Assembly: GCA_027339965.1 (NCBI GenBank)
Contig: DAHWNL010000084.1
Coordinates: 1-15,871 of the forward strand
DNA: 15,871 nucleotides
Source of the DNA: Granulicella sp.
GTDB lineage: Bacteria; Acidobacteriota; Terriglobia; Terriglobales; Acidobacteriaceae
Direction of reading: 5' to 3'
The position numbers and the translations under genes were made by a program. Below, one piece after another: positions 1 to 7,580 of the stretch. Positions within the stretch are counted from its first letter, which is position 1, and the number at the start of each line of letters is the position of its first letter. The notes beneath the pieces were generated by a model. The model made no database searches, had not been told where the DNA came from, and saw nothing but the letters and a program-made list of their open reading frames with translations.

Positions 1-1
1 C

Positions 2-151
2 AACTGGCCGCTTGGCCGCAACTACATCGCGCCCCCTAGCCATGGATCGCTGGCGACGCTTGACTCGGCCCTCATCGTCACCCCTCCCAAAGGACTGGAG
101 ATCGGCTACGTGCCCATCGTTACCAGACAGGAGCTCGCCCCAGTTAAGTAA
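2..151 (+). CDS. 3' end of a hypothetical protein (partial, runs off the left edge)
   Basis: Frame 2 is open from the edge to TAA at 149-151: ...NWPLGRNYIAPPSHGSLATLDSALIVTPPKGLEIGYVPIVTRQELAPVK*. Protein-like composition and GC-rich third positions. It is absent from the ORF track because it has no start in the window. Confidence 0.7.
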   Translation, partial: NWPLGRNYIAPPSHGSLATLDSALIVTPPKGLEIGYVPIVTRQELAPVK

Positions 152-341
152 AAGTTGCGAATGTTGCCCAGAGCGGAACCAACGGACCTGGATCTTGCTG
201 CGTTCAGTGGAGGATACAAAGCGATCGACTCTCGTAACTTGCCCGAGGTGGTTCAAGGAGAGTTGGCACGCCGGTTTCGATCTCTCCCAGACAGAGGCAC
301 GGATGGCCCTGCATTGCAACACGAAATCCATGCATGTGGTC

Positions 342-721
342 GGTAACCCCTGTTCAGCGGCCGCGGAGATCCAGCTTGCTCTCCGAGGCGGAGATTGGTT
401 TCGCGCCCACGCCTTCGAGTTCGCCCGCGCCAAGGCACAGATCGATCATTGCCTCACCAGGCCCAAGCATCCCTGGACCAACGGACAAGTCGCGCGCATG
501 AACCGAATCCTCAAGGAAGCGACCGTGAAAGGCTTATGCTGCCAGACTCACGAACACTTCCGTCAACACCTCGCCGACTTCGTCAACGCCTACAACTTCG
601 TCCGAAGACTCAAGACGCTCCGAGACCTCTCCCCTGCGAATCCATCTGCTCCATCTGGACAAAATAACCGAATCGATTCAAACTCCATCCAATTCATCTA
701 TCCCCGGGATCATACAGCTAG
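342..721 (+). mobile_element. Degenerate IS481-family transposase C-terminal remnant with probable right end (ACA at 714-716)
   Basis: HAFEFA..IDHCLTRPKHPWTNGQVARMNRILKEATVK...HLADFVNAYNFVRRLKTL matches the IS481 integrase-core tail (HPWTNGQVERMNRTIKEATVK). The catalytic E reads as A. A 1-nt frameshift at ~631-634 continues as CESICSIWTK*PNRFKLHPIHLSPGSYS*, with a premature TAA at 665-667. No recognisable N-terminal half. Confidence 0.85.
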
Positions 722-906
722 CTTCCTTGCCTCTGTGAAACACATGCTCTTACCCAAGAGGCTACCCGGTTCCATGCCTGCTTCGGTTTGCGTTCCACGC
801 GACGCACGGCGCATCTGCAGCTTGAAGCATCTCCGTTGTAAATGGGCCACGGAGAGACCGTACGGTGGCGCCTCGATCGTGTTGTGAGACTGGATGACGC
901 CAGCGC

Positions 907-1359
907 TTACTCGCTTGCTCCCGCGGCTTTGGCTTCCACCAACTCAAATAGCTGGCGGGAGGGAGCATAGATCCATGCAATTCTTCTACCTCCGAAGGCG
1001 ACCGCCGGCACAGGCCCGGAGACCAGCACGCAGCGATTGTCCTTGGCATGGGCCAGCGCTGCCTCCATGTTGCTGGTCTCAAGGCATAGGTGATAGGCTC
1101 CTCCTCCGCCTTTGCTCAGCATCGACTGGATGGGAGAATCGCTACTCAAGGGAGCGATTAACTCAATCTCGGCGACGTCTTCAGTAGACTTGGCCAGAAA
1201 GTTCACTGTCACCTTCTGAATGGGATCGTCAAACGGGCCGGAGACCATCCGGTAGCCAAACAGATGCGTCAGCATCTCTGTGGTTGGGCCCAGCGCGGGA
1301 ACAGCGACCCCCACATGAAGCAGCTTGAAACCCAGAGCCGCGGGTATATCCGGCGTCAA
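907..1359 (-). CDS. VOC/glyoxalase superfamily protein, methylmalonyl-CoA epimerase-like
   Basis: 150 aa with the four VOC metal-ligand motifs LLHVGVAV, EIELIAP, GAYHLCLE and LFELVE. TTG start overlaps the ACP stop (TTGA), with GGGAG upstream. Confidence 0.88.
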   Translation of the reverse strand: MTPDIPAALGFKLLHVGVAVPALGPTTEMLTHLFGYRMVSGPFDDPIQKVTVNFLAKSTEDVAEIELIAPLSSDSPIQSMLSKGGGGAYHLCLETSNMEAALAHAKDNRCVLVSGPVPAVAFGGRRIAWIYAPSRQLFELVEAKAAGASE

Positions 1360-1604
1360 AGCGAGACTCCCTTCTTTTCCAGCTCCGCCTGCAAAAGAGC
1401 GACTGTCGTCAGTTCAGGAACCCGCTGCGGATCGAACTGCACCCCGTACTCGCCCTCCAGGGCCAGCACCGCCTGCAAATGCCGGAAGGAGTCCCAGGTT
1501 TCGAGGGTGACGCTGCTCAGCTCCGGCGTTACCTCTTCGGGAGAGATCTCGAAGACGTCGGCGAGGAGTTCACGCAGTGAGGGCGGTACTTGCGGAGAGT
1601 TCAT
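1356..1604 (-). CDS. Acyl carrier protein
   Basis: 82 aa, acidic, with a WDSFRHL phosphopantetheinylation motif followed by LALEGEYGVQF. ATG lies 1 nt after the FkbH stop. Confidence 0.92.
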   Translation of the reverse strand: MNSPQVPPSLRELLADVFEISPEEVTPELSSVTLETWDSFRHLQAVLALEGEYGVQFDPQRVPELTTVALLQAELEKKGVSL

Positions 1605-1605
1605 G

Positions 1606-3534
1606 TTATTCAGTTCCTTCCAGGGTGATCCATTGCGGGCTGCTTAGCGATGCAGCCGTCAAATCAAACTCGTAAAACGTTGCGTCCGCTGCAGGGACCT
1701 CCACGGAAGCACCCTCCGGCGCAGGGCAGCGGACAAATCCGTGATCGGGATAAAACGTGGCGCACGGAGTGTTCTTTTTCGTAGAGATGAACTCGCCCAC
1801 CAGCCGCCTGGCTCCCGCTCGCACCGCTTGTTCCGCCACGTAGGCCAGAAGCGCGGTCTCGACCCCGCGGCCAATCACGCGGCAGGATAGCAGCAGGGAA
1901 TCAATGTAGCAGGCGTCTGCACGCTTGCTGGCCAGGGCCAGCCCAACCACCCCGGCATCTCCAAAGCGGTCGCGGACTCTTACGGCCACGGCCTGTCCTC
2001 CGGGCGCAGAAAGGAACTGTTCCACCTCCGCGGCCGAGCGGCGCCGCGTGGTCAGGTTGAACTGATTGGTCTTGGCGAGCAGTTGTACCGCTCTCGATAG
2101 CGGAGCTTGCAGAGCACTTTGGAATGTGCAGATGATCTCCATAGAGGCGAGAAACTCCTCGCGGCTGTCCGCGGAGCGAGCCAACTCCATCCTCTGCGTC
2201 TGCGCCTTGTACTCCTGCAAGCGGTTCATGTCGTCATCCGTCACCAGGATGGCGTCGAAGTAAGGCTGCTCTGCCAAAAGATCCACGAGCTTCCATGGTT
2301 CGGCGGCAGGCGCTTGCAAAACGGCCACCTCGGGTAGTTGGCTGCGAATGGCTGCGCACTCGGCGGGATGATCGTCCACAAAGACAAAGGAGTCCAGGCC
2401 CAGCGATAGCTCTTGAGCAAGCTCACGCAGAGCATCGGCTTTTTCTCCCCAGCCGATCTTGCGCGCTACAAAATCATCCAGAGAGAGCGCCAGATCAGCG
2501 GCGCGGGTTTGAAAGGCTTCCTGTACGTCGGCTTCGTTGTTCTTGGAGACCACGGCCAGCAGGATGCCACGCTGTGAAAGCTGCCTCAGGTAGCGTTGAT
2601 ACTCCAGATAGCAGTTTCCAGGAAAGGCGCTGCCGGTCGCGATCCCATCGGCTCCATCCTCGCCCAGGATTCCGCCCCATAGCGTGTTGTCCAGATCGGT
2701 GCAGAGAACCTTCCGTGGGGCGCGGAAGAGAGTAGCGAAGCTGCGAACCAGTCCGCGAGCGTAGGCCGGAAAAAACTCTGCCGACAGAGGCAGCCGAGAG
2801 GCCAGAAACATGCGTCTGTCGCGCCATCGGGCTCGGCCATGGCGCGCCGCCAGCCGATCCACATCAAAGAAGACGCAGTCCGGTGTGGCACGGCACGCCT
2901 CCGCCAGTCTCTCGTTCAGCCGCAATACGGCGTTCGCCAGACTGTGCGGAAGGTTGGCATCGCCCACGTCGCCGGAAGAGGTGACGTCCGGAATCACCAG
3001 GCCGTGCAAGAGCATACGAGCGGAGCTTCGCGAGCGAAAGTTCCGCAGCAACTGCGCCATCCGCGCCGCTGCTTCCTGAATCTCGTCCTCCACCCCGGCG
3101 CCAGAGCCATCCGCGCACAGCCCGGGCAGACGGCCTGCGGCATCTTCCAGATCCAGCGCGATCAGCACCAGATCGGGCTGAAAGCGGGCCAGATCGCTAT
3201 CCGGCTGTAGAAGCTCGCTGACATAAGAGCCGTAGCCGCCAGCTTGGAGATTCAGGAAGAAGCCGGAGAAGACCGCCTCCGTGCTCAGATAGGGCAATAT
3301 TGGTTCAAGAGTCACGGAGCGAACCAGATAGGTTCGCAGTTTCTTCAGCCCCAACTGCGTTACCAGCGTTTCGGCTTCGGTGGCGAAGCCATTGGCGCAG
3401 AACAGAACATCTGAGGCTTTGGAGGAGACAGCCAGCAGATCGCGTGCAAGCTGCACAGCGGCGCGGGCCTCCGAATTCGCCAGGGCGTCCTTGATGCGCC
3501 GGCGTAGTTCGTTGCGTTGCGAATCAACCTGCAT
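1606..3534 (-). CDS. FkbH-like HAD-IIIC phosphatase/glyceryl transferase, long multi-domain form
   Basis: 642 aa. HAD motif I TDLDNTLWGGILGEDG, SKNNE, FVFVDD, and FkbH motifs KTNQFNLTTRR, DRFGDAGVVG and LLSCRVIGRGVE. About 270-aa N-terminal extension. Confidence 0.93.
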   Translation of the reverse strand: MQVDSQRNELRRRIKDALANSEARAAVQLARDLLAVSSKASDVLFCANGFATEAETLVTQLGLKKLRTYLVRSVTLEPILPYLSTEAVFSGFFLNLQAGGYGSYVSELLQPDSDLARFQPDLVLIALDLEDAAGRLPGLCADGSGAGVEDEIQEAAARMAQLLRNFRSRSSARMLLHGLVIPDVTSSGDVGDANLPHSLANAVLRLNERLAEACRATPDCVFFDVDRLAARHGRARWRDRRMFLASRLPLSAEFFPAYARGLVRSFATLFRAPRKVLCTDLDNTLWGGILGEDGADGIATGSAFPGNCYLEYQRYLRQLSQRGILLAVVSKNNEADVQEAFQTRAADLALSLDDFVARKIGWGEKADALRELAQELSLGLDSFVFVDDHPAECAAIRSQLPEVAVLQAPAAEPWKLVDLLAEQPYFDAILVTDDDMNRLQEYKAQTQRMELARSADSREEFLASMEIICTFQSALQAPLSRAVQLLAKTNQFNLTTRRRSAAEVEQFLSAPGGQAVAVRVRDRFGDAGVVGLALASKRADACYIDSLLLSCRVIGRGVETALLAYVAEQAVRAGARRLVGEFISTKKNTPCATFYPDHGFVRCPAPEGASVEVPAADATFYEFDLTAASLSSPQWITLEGTE

Positions 3535-4099
3535 CCGCTCTCTCCGTCGCCTTCGGTTCCGAATCTGCGGCTGCTCGGGCGGGCCGCATGATGACTCGTC
3601 CGGGAACGCCCATCACCGTCGCGCCGGCCGGGACATTGCTGATCACAAGGGTGTTGGCGGCGATCTTTGCTCCACTGCCTACCTTGATTTTGCCCACCAG
3701 GGTGGCTCCGGTGCCGATATAGATGTCGTCGCCGAGAGTAGGCGCTCCCTGTCTCCCCATGGCGGACGTTCCAATGGTCACCCGGTGAGCCAGGTCGCAG
3801 TTTTTGCCTAAAACGGCCTGGGGATTGATATGGACTGCTCCGATATGCCCAATATACAAGCCTGGTCCGATGGTTGCTTGGGGATCGATGCACATCTCCA
3901 TGAACACTTCGCACCACTTGTTCGCAACATAGGAGATCAGCTTCAAGGGAATCCGGATCAGGAAGAAAGGTTGTGCCACATGCAGCCAGTTTCCCAACCG
4001 GTAGCAAGCGATGGACCACACCGCCGGGTTCAGCCATAGCTGCCGGCCGCGGTAGCCGCGTGCCCGGTAGCGTGCCATATCTGCGTAAAAGTCGTTCAT
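3524..4099 (-). CDS. Short serine O-acetyltransferase-like (CysE/WcaB/EpsC-type) hexapeptide-repeat acyltransferase
   Basis: 191 aa. IDPQATIGPGLYIGH, VTIG, PTLGDDIYIGTGATLVGKIKVGSGAKIAANTLVISNVPAGATVMGVPGRVI form a left-handed beta-helix. Stop overlaps the FkbH start by 11 nt. Confidence 0.88.
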   Translation of the reverse strand: MNDFYADMARYRARGYRGRQLWLNPAVWSIACYRLGNWLHVAQPFFLIRIPLKLISYVANKWCEVFMEMCIDPQATIGPGLYIGHIGAVHINPQAVLGKNCDLAHRVTIGTSAMGRQGAPTLGDDIYIGTGATLVGKIKVGSGAKIAANTLVISNVPAGATVMGVPGRVIMRPARAAADSEPKATERADAG

Positions 4100-4324
4100 T
4101 CACTTGGCCTTGCCAGGGTGTTGTGACGCCGCGCAGAGGGTGCTGCGCTTCTGGGACCATTCTAAAGGCTCCTGTCGATAGGCTTCTGGATCGATCACCC
4201 GCCGAGCAACCACAGTGGGCGTAGACGTTGCCTCCGCCATGCGTGGGTAAAACTTTCCCTTGAACTCTTTCAGCGCCAGTGTGGTCTCGCAGCCAGCTCC
4301 TGTAAAGAGCGCTGTTGTTCCCAA
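4100..4324 (-). CDS. Possible small hypothetical ORF bridging arsR and the acyltransferase
   Basis: Its TGA directly abuts the acyltransferase ATG (TGAATG). No recognisable domain. It contains a TAGAAT -10-like hexamer (4164-4159), so it may be promoter DNA instead. Confidence 0.2.
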   Translation of the reverse strand: MGTTALFTGAGCETTLALKEFKGKFYPRMAEATSTPTVVARRVIDPEAYRQEPLEWSQKRSTLCAASQHPGKAK

Positions 4325-4344
4325 GTGAAGCGCTACCCGCCAAG

Positions 4345-4803
4345 CTAAACCTCCCCCGGCTCAGAGTGGCGCTTGAATTGTGTTGCCCGTCCAGTCGAAC
4401 AGGCGATGGTCTCAGCGGCTGCAGGCAGCGGGGCGCCCTCCAGGGAAGAGATCTTCTGCGATGCGCAGCACGCCCTGCCCAGGCGCGCCAGATCCGCCTG
4501 CATCCGTTTCTCCAGCCGGAGCGCCGCCAAGGTCTCGCCCAGGATCCTTGCCGCACCGGCATGCGAAGGAGCCGCAATCGTGTAGTGCATCCACTTCCCC
4601 TCACGCCGCGCAGTGACAACGCCGGCGCGGCGGAGATACGCCAGATGCCGGGAGATCTTGGGCTGGTTCTGCCCCAGGATCTCAACAAAGTAGCAGACGC
4701 AGACCTCCCGCCCATCCATCAGGTTCAAAAGGCGCAGCCGCGTGCGGTCGGCTAGCGCCGCAAAGAGAAGCACCAGTTCAGAGTCTTTGCTGAGACGTTC
4801 CAC
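4345..4803 (-). CDS. arsR: ArsR/SmtB family metalloregulatory repressor
   Basis: FAALADRTRLRLLNLM..EVCVCYF..QPKISRHLAYLRRAGVVTARREGKWMHY winged HTH. GTG start at 4803 preferred over the track start 4971, which overlaps arsM. Divergent from arsM. Confidence 0.92.
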   Translation of the reverse strand: MERLSKDSELVLLFAALADRTRLRLLNLMDGREVCVCYFVEILGQNQPKISRHLAYLRRAGVVTARREGKWMHYTIAAPSHAGAARILGETLAALRLEKRMQADLARLGRACCASQKISSLEGAPLPAAAETIACSTGRATQFKRHSEPGEV

Positions 4804-4809
4804 GTTTCT

Positions 4810-4870
4810 ATGATATACGGCTTGACGGATACGAATGCCTCCTTTATATTTGCTTATGCATATATGTAAA
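4810..4870. promoter_or_regulatory. Divergent arsR/arsM promoter-operator region
   Basis: Plus strand: TTGACG (4822-4827), 17 nt, TATATT (4845-4850). Imperfect inverted repeats ATATACGG-CTTG-ACGGATAC (4813-4832) and ATATTTGC-TTAT-GCATATAT (4846-4865) overlap the -35 and -10/TSS. Minus strand: TATCAT (4815-4810) lies 6 nt before the arsR GTG. Confidence 0.75.
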
Positions 4871-4880
4871 GGAAGTTCGC

Positions 4881-5726
4881 ATGGAGTCGAACACAACGGT
4901 TCAGGAGCAGGTGAAGGCAAAGTATGGGAGCGCCGCGCGCGCCGTGGCGCAGTCCGGCAGCGTGCTGGCATGTTGTGATCCGGGGCTCCGCTGTTGTGAT
5001 CCGATCACGACCAACCTGTATAGCGCGGATGAGAAGGGTCGAATCCCTGAGAAGGCGTCGCTGGGATGCGGTAATCCAACGGCCTTGATCGAACTTCATC
5101 CAGGAGAGACGGTGCTCGATCTGGGCTCCGGGGGCGGAATCGATGTTCTGCTTTCGGCGCAGCGGGTTGGACCCACCGGCAAAGCTTTCGGTCTGGATAT
5201 GACCGAGGAGATGCTGGCGTTGGCTCGCGAGAATCAGCGCCAGGCCGGCGTGAACAACGTCGAGTTTCTCAAGGGTGAGATCGAGAACATTCCTTTGCCG
5301 GATGGCTCGGTGGACGTGATCATCTCCAACTGCGTCATCAATTTGTCGGCTGATAAGGATCGAGTTCTCTCTGAAGCCTTCCGGGTGCTCAAACCCGGTG
5401 GCCGATTCGCTGTCTCCGATGTGGTGACGCGGGGAAGCGTGCCGGACCAGGTGAGGCAGAGCATGCAGCTGTGGGTTGGCTGCATTGCTGGGGCTCTTGA
5501 GGAGAACGAGTATGTGGACAAGCTTGTAAAGGCGGGATTTGGCGCAGTTTCTGTTGAGCCGACCCGGATGTACAACGTGGAAGATGCCCGTCAGTTCCTT
5601 ACCAACTCCGGCGTGGATGTGGATGCGATTGCTGCGGAGGTTGACGGGAAGTTCATGAGTGCGTTTTTGCGCGCCACCAAGCCGGCGGAAGCTTGCTGCA
5701 CCGGTGTCGGCTGCTGCGCTGTCTAA
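4881..5726 (+). CDS. arsM: Arsenite S-adenosylmethionine methyltransferase
   Basis: SLGCGNP, SAM motif [27 protein letters not shown] and WVGCIAGAL, with N- and C-terminal CC pairs. AAGGAAG RBS; ars context. Confidence 0.95.
   Translation: MESNTTVQEQVKAKYGSAARAVAQSGSVLACCDPGLRCCDPITTNLYSADEKGRIPEKASLGCGNPTALIELHPGETVLDLGSGGGIDVLLSAQRVGPTGKAFGLDMTEEMLALARENQRQAGVNNVEFLKGEIENIPLPDGSVDVIISNCVINLSADKDRVLSEAFRVLKPGGRFAVSDVVTRGSVPDQVRQSMQLWVGCIAGALEENEYVDKLVKAGFGAVSVEPTRMYNVEDARQFLTNSGVDVDAIAAEVDGKFMSAFLRATKPAEACCTGVGCCAV
4971..5003 (+). repeat. 12-bp direct repeat TGTTGTGATCCG x2 (21-nt period) encoding [11 protein letters not shown] in ArsM
   Basis: Copies at 4971-4982 and 4992-5003. Confidence 0.7.
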
Positions 5727-5794
5727 GAGATCCCACGGGAGATCCCAAACGACTCCAGCGGCCACTCCGGCCAATGCCAGAAAGGGACAAGGGC

Positions 5795-6286
5795 ATGACC
5801 ATCCGCTTGAACGTTCTGTTTCTCTGTACGGGAAACTCAGCGCGCTCCATCATGGCGGAGGCGATTCTAAGCCACCGGGGCGAGGGCCGGTTCAACGCCT
5901 ACAGCGCGGGCAGCCATCCAAGCGGCAAGGTACGTCCGGAGGCACTGCGCCAGATTGAGTCGGCGGGCATGCGGACAGCCGGGCTGCGCAGCAAGTCCTG
6001 GGATGAGTTTGCCGCTGAGGGCGCGCCGAGCATGGATTTTGTCATTACCGTGTGCGATCAGGCGGCCAACGAGGCTTGTCCTTACTGGCCCGGCCAGCCG
6101 ATGAGCGCACACTGGGGCATCGCCGATCCCGCAGCCGTGCGCGGTACGCGGGCGGAGATTGCACTGGCCTTCCGGGAGGCGTTTGAGATTCTGGATCGAA
6201 GGATCGGTCTGTTCCTCTCCTTGCCGTTCGGCGTGCTCCATCCGCCTGCCATGAAGCGGGAGATTGAGAAGATCGGTCGTTCGTAA
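5795..6286 (+). CDS. arsC: Arsenate reductase, LMW-PTPase (thioredoxin-type) fold
   Basis: [13 protein letters not shown]-loop, [19 protein letters not shown] (resolving Cys pair) and [10 protein letters not shown] 5795 chosen after a purine-rich RBS. Confidence 0.93.
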   Translation: MTIRLNVLFLCTGNSARSIMAEAILSHRGEGRFNAYSAGSHPSGKVRPEALRQIESAGMRTAGLRSKSWDEFAAEGAPSMDFVITVCDQAANEACPYWPGQPMSAHWGIADPAAVRGTRAEIALAFREAFEILDRRIGLFLSLPFGVLHPPAMKREIEKIGRS

Positions 6287-6306
6287 TCCTGTTCCGGAGA
6301 GATGCT

Positions 6307-7380
6307 TTGAAGAAGAGTCGCCTGTCGTTTCTCGATCGCTATCTTACCGGCTGGATCTTTGCGGCCATGCTGGCCGGCATTGCGCTGGGCTGGTTTGTTC
6401 CGGGGTTTGCACAGACGGTGAACCGCTTCCGTGTCGGGACGACGTCGATCCCGACCGCCGTCGGATTGATCCTGATGATGTATCCGCCGTTCACGCGGGT
6501 TCGCTATGAAGAGCTGCATGAGGTGCTTCGCAACAAGCGCGTGCTGGGACTGTCCCTTGTGCAGAACTGGATTGTCGGACCAATTCTGATGTTTGTCCTG
6601 GCGATCGTCTTCCTGCGAGGTTATCCCGAATACATGGCGGGGCTGATCATGATCGGGCTGGCCCGGTGCATCGCCATGGTGATTGTGTGGAACGAGCTCG
6701 CCAGGGGCGATACGCAGTTCGCTGCCGGCCTGGTGGCGTTCAATTCGATCTTCCAGGTGCTTTTCTTTTCTATTTATTCGTGGGTGTTTCTGACGGTCTT
6801 GCCGGGCTGGTTCGGTTTGCACGGAGCGGTAGTGCGCGTCTCGATGGCCGAGATTGCGCAGAGCGTCTTCATCTATCTCGGGATTCCGTTCCTGGCGGGC
6901 TTTGTGACGCGCGCGGCGCTGGTTCGCACCAAGGGGCTGGAGTGGTATGACCGAAGCTTTGTGCCGCGCGTGAGCCCACTGACGCTGGTAGCGCTGCTGT
7001 TCACGATCGTGCTGATGTTCAGCTTGAAAGGCGGCTACATTGTGCGCCTTCCGCTGGATGTGGTCAGGATTGCGATTCCCCTGCTGATCTACTTTGTAGT
7101 GATGTTTCTGGTTTCGTTTGCCATGGGACGGAGGATGGGAGCGGACTACTCGAAGACGACCACGCTGGCCTTCACGGCGGCCTCAAATAACTTTGAACTG
7201 GCGATTGCGGTGGCGGTTTCGGTGTTTGGAATCAACTCCGGCGCGGCCTTTGCGGCTGTGATCGGGCCGCTGGTGGAGGTGCCGGTGATGATCGGTCTGG
7301 TGAATGTGGCGTTCTTCTTTCAGCGGCGATACTTTGCGAGCGCTGAGGGCGGTGGAGTAGGGGTTCGCGCGCGTTGTTGA
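6307..7380 (+). CDS. acr3: ACR3 family arsenite efflux permease
   Basis: 357 aa with about 10 TM segments. [39 protein letters not shown] and GPLVEVP motifs. TTG start with GGAGAG upstream. Confidence 0.95.
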   Translation: MKKSRLSFLDRYLTGWIFAAMLAGIALGWFVPGFAQTVNRFRVGTTSIPTAVGLILMMYPPFTRVRYEELHEVLRNKRVLGLSLVQNWIVGPILMFVLAIVFLRGYPEYMAGLIMIGLARCIAMVIVWNELARGDTQFAAGLVAFNSIFQVLFFSIYSWVFLTVLPGWFGLHGAVVRVSMAEIAQSVFIYLGIPFLAGFVTRAALVRTKGLEWYDRSFVPRVSPLTLVALLFTIVLMFSLKGGYIVRLPLDVVRIAIPLLIYFVVMFLVSFAMGRRMGADYSKTTTLAFTAASNNFELAIAVAVSVFGINSGAAFAAVIGPLVEVPVMIGLVNVAFFFQRRYFASAEGGGVGVRARC

Positions 7381-7391
7381 ATTCCGGCGGT

Positions 7392-7416
7392 GCTAGGGCC
7401 TGAAGCGCCTAGCTTT
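7392..7416 (+). terminator. Possible weak intrinsic terminator of the ars operon
   Basis: GCTAGG...CCTAGC hairpin followed by TTT, 11 nt after the acr3 stop. Confidence 0.3.
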
Positions 7417-7580
7417 CCTGCATCTGTTTTGATGACGTTCGCTTCGCTCCCCGGGGGTTGGCTCCGGACCAGAGAATAACCCTCGGCCGGATGGCAGTGC
7501 GGGGTAGCTTTGCGGGGCGACGGAGGGTCTGCATCCGATAGTTCTGGAAACGTGACTGCGGCTGCGTCGAACCCTGGTCC

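Noticed and set aside
12..887. 291-aa ORF as one gene
   Set aside because: Chimeric read-through: an out-of-frame overlap with the left-edge gene, an IS481 fragment, and post-frameshift sequence.
907..1359. VOC protein as ArsI C-As lyase, given the nearby ars genes
   Set aside because: It lacks the vicinal CC pair of ArsI, has MCE-like motifs, and is coupled to the ACP rather than the ars operon.
3360..4715. 451-aa minus-strand ORF and other long alternate-frame ORFs (4854-5774, 12162-13157, 12398-13342, 13519-14163, 14914-15606)
   Set aside because: Shadow ORFs typical of high-GC DNA, overlapping well-supported genes and lacking motifs.
907..7380. Arsinothricin or arsenosugar biosynthetic cluster
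   Set aside because: No radical-SAM ArsL/ArsS gene in the window; arsM-arsC-acr3 is a standard detoxification set.
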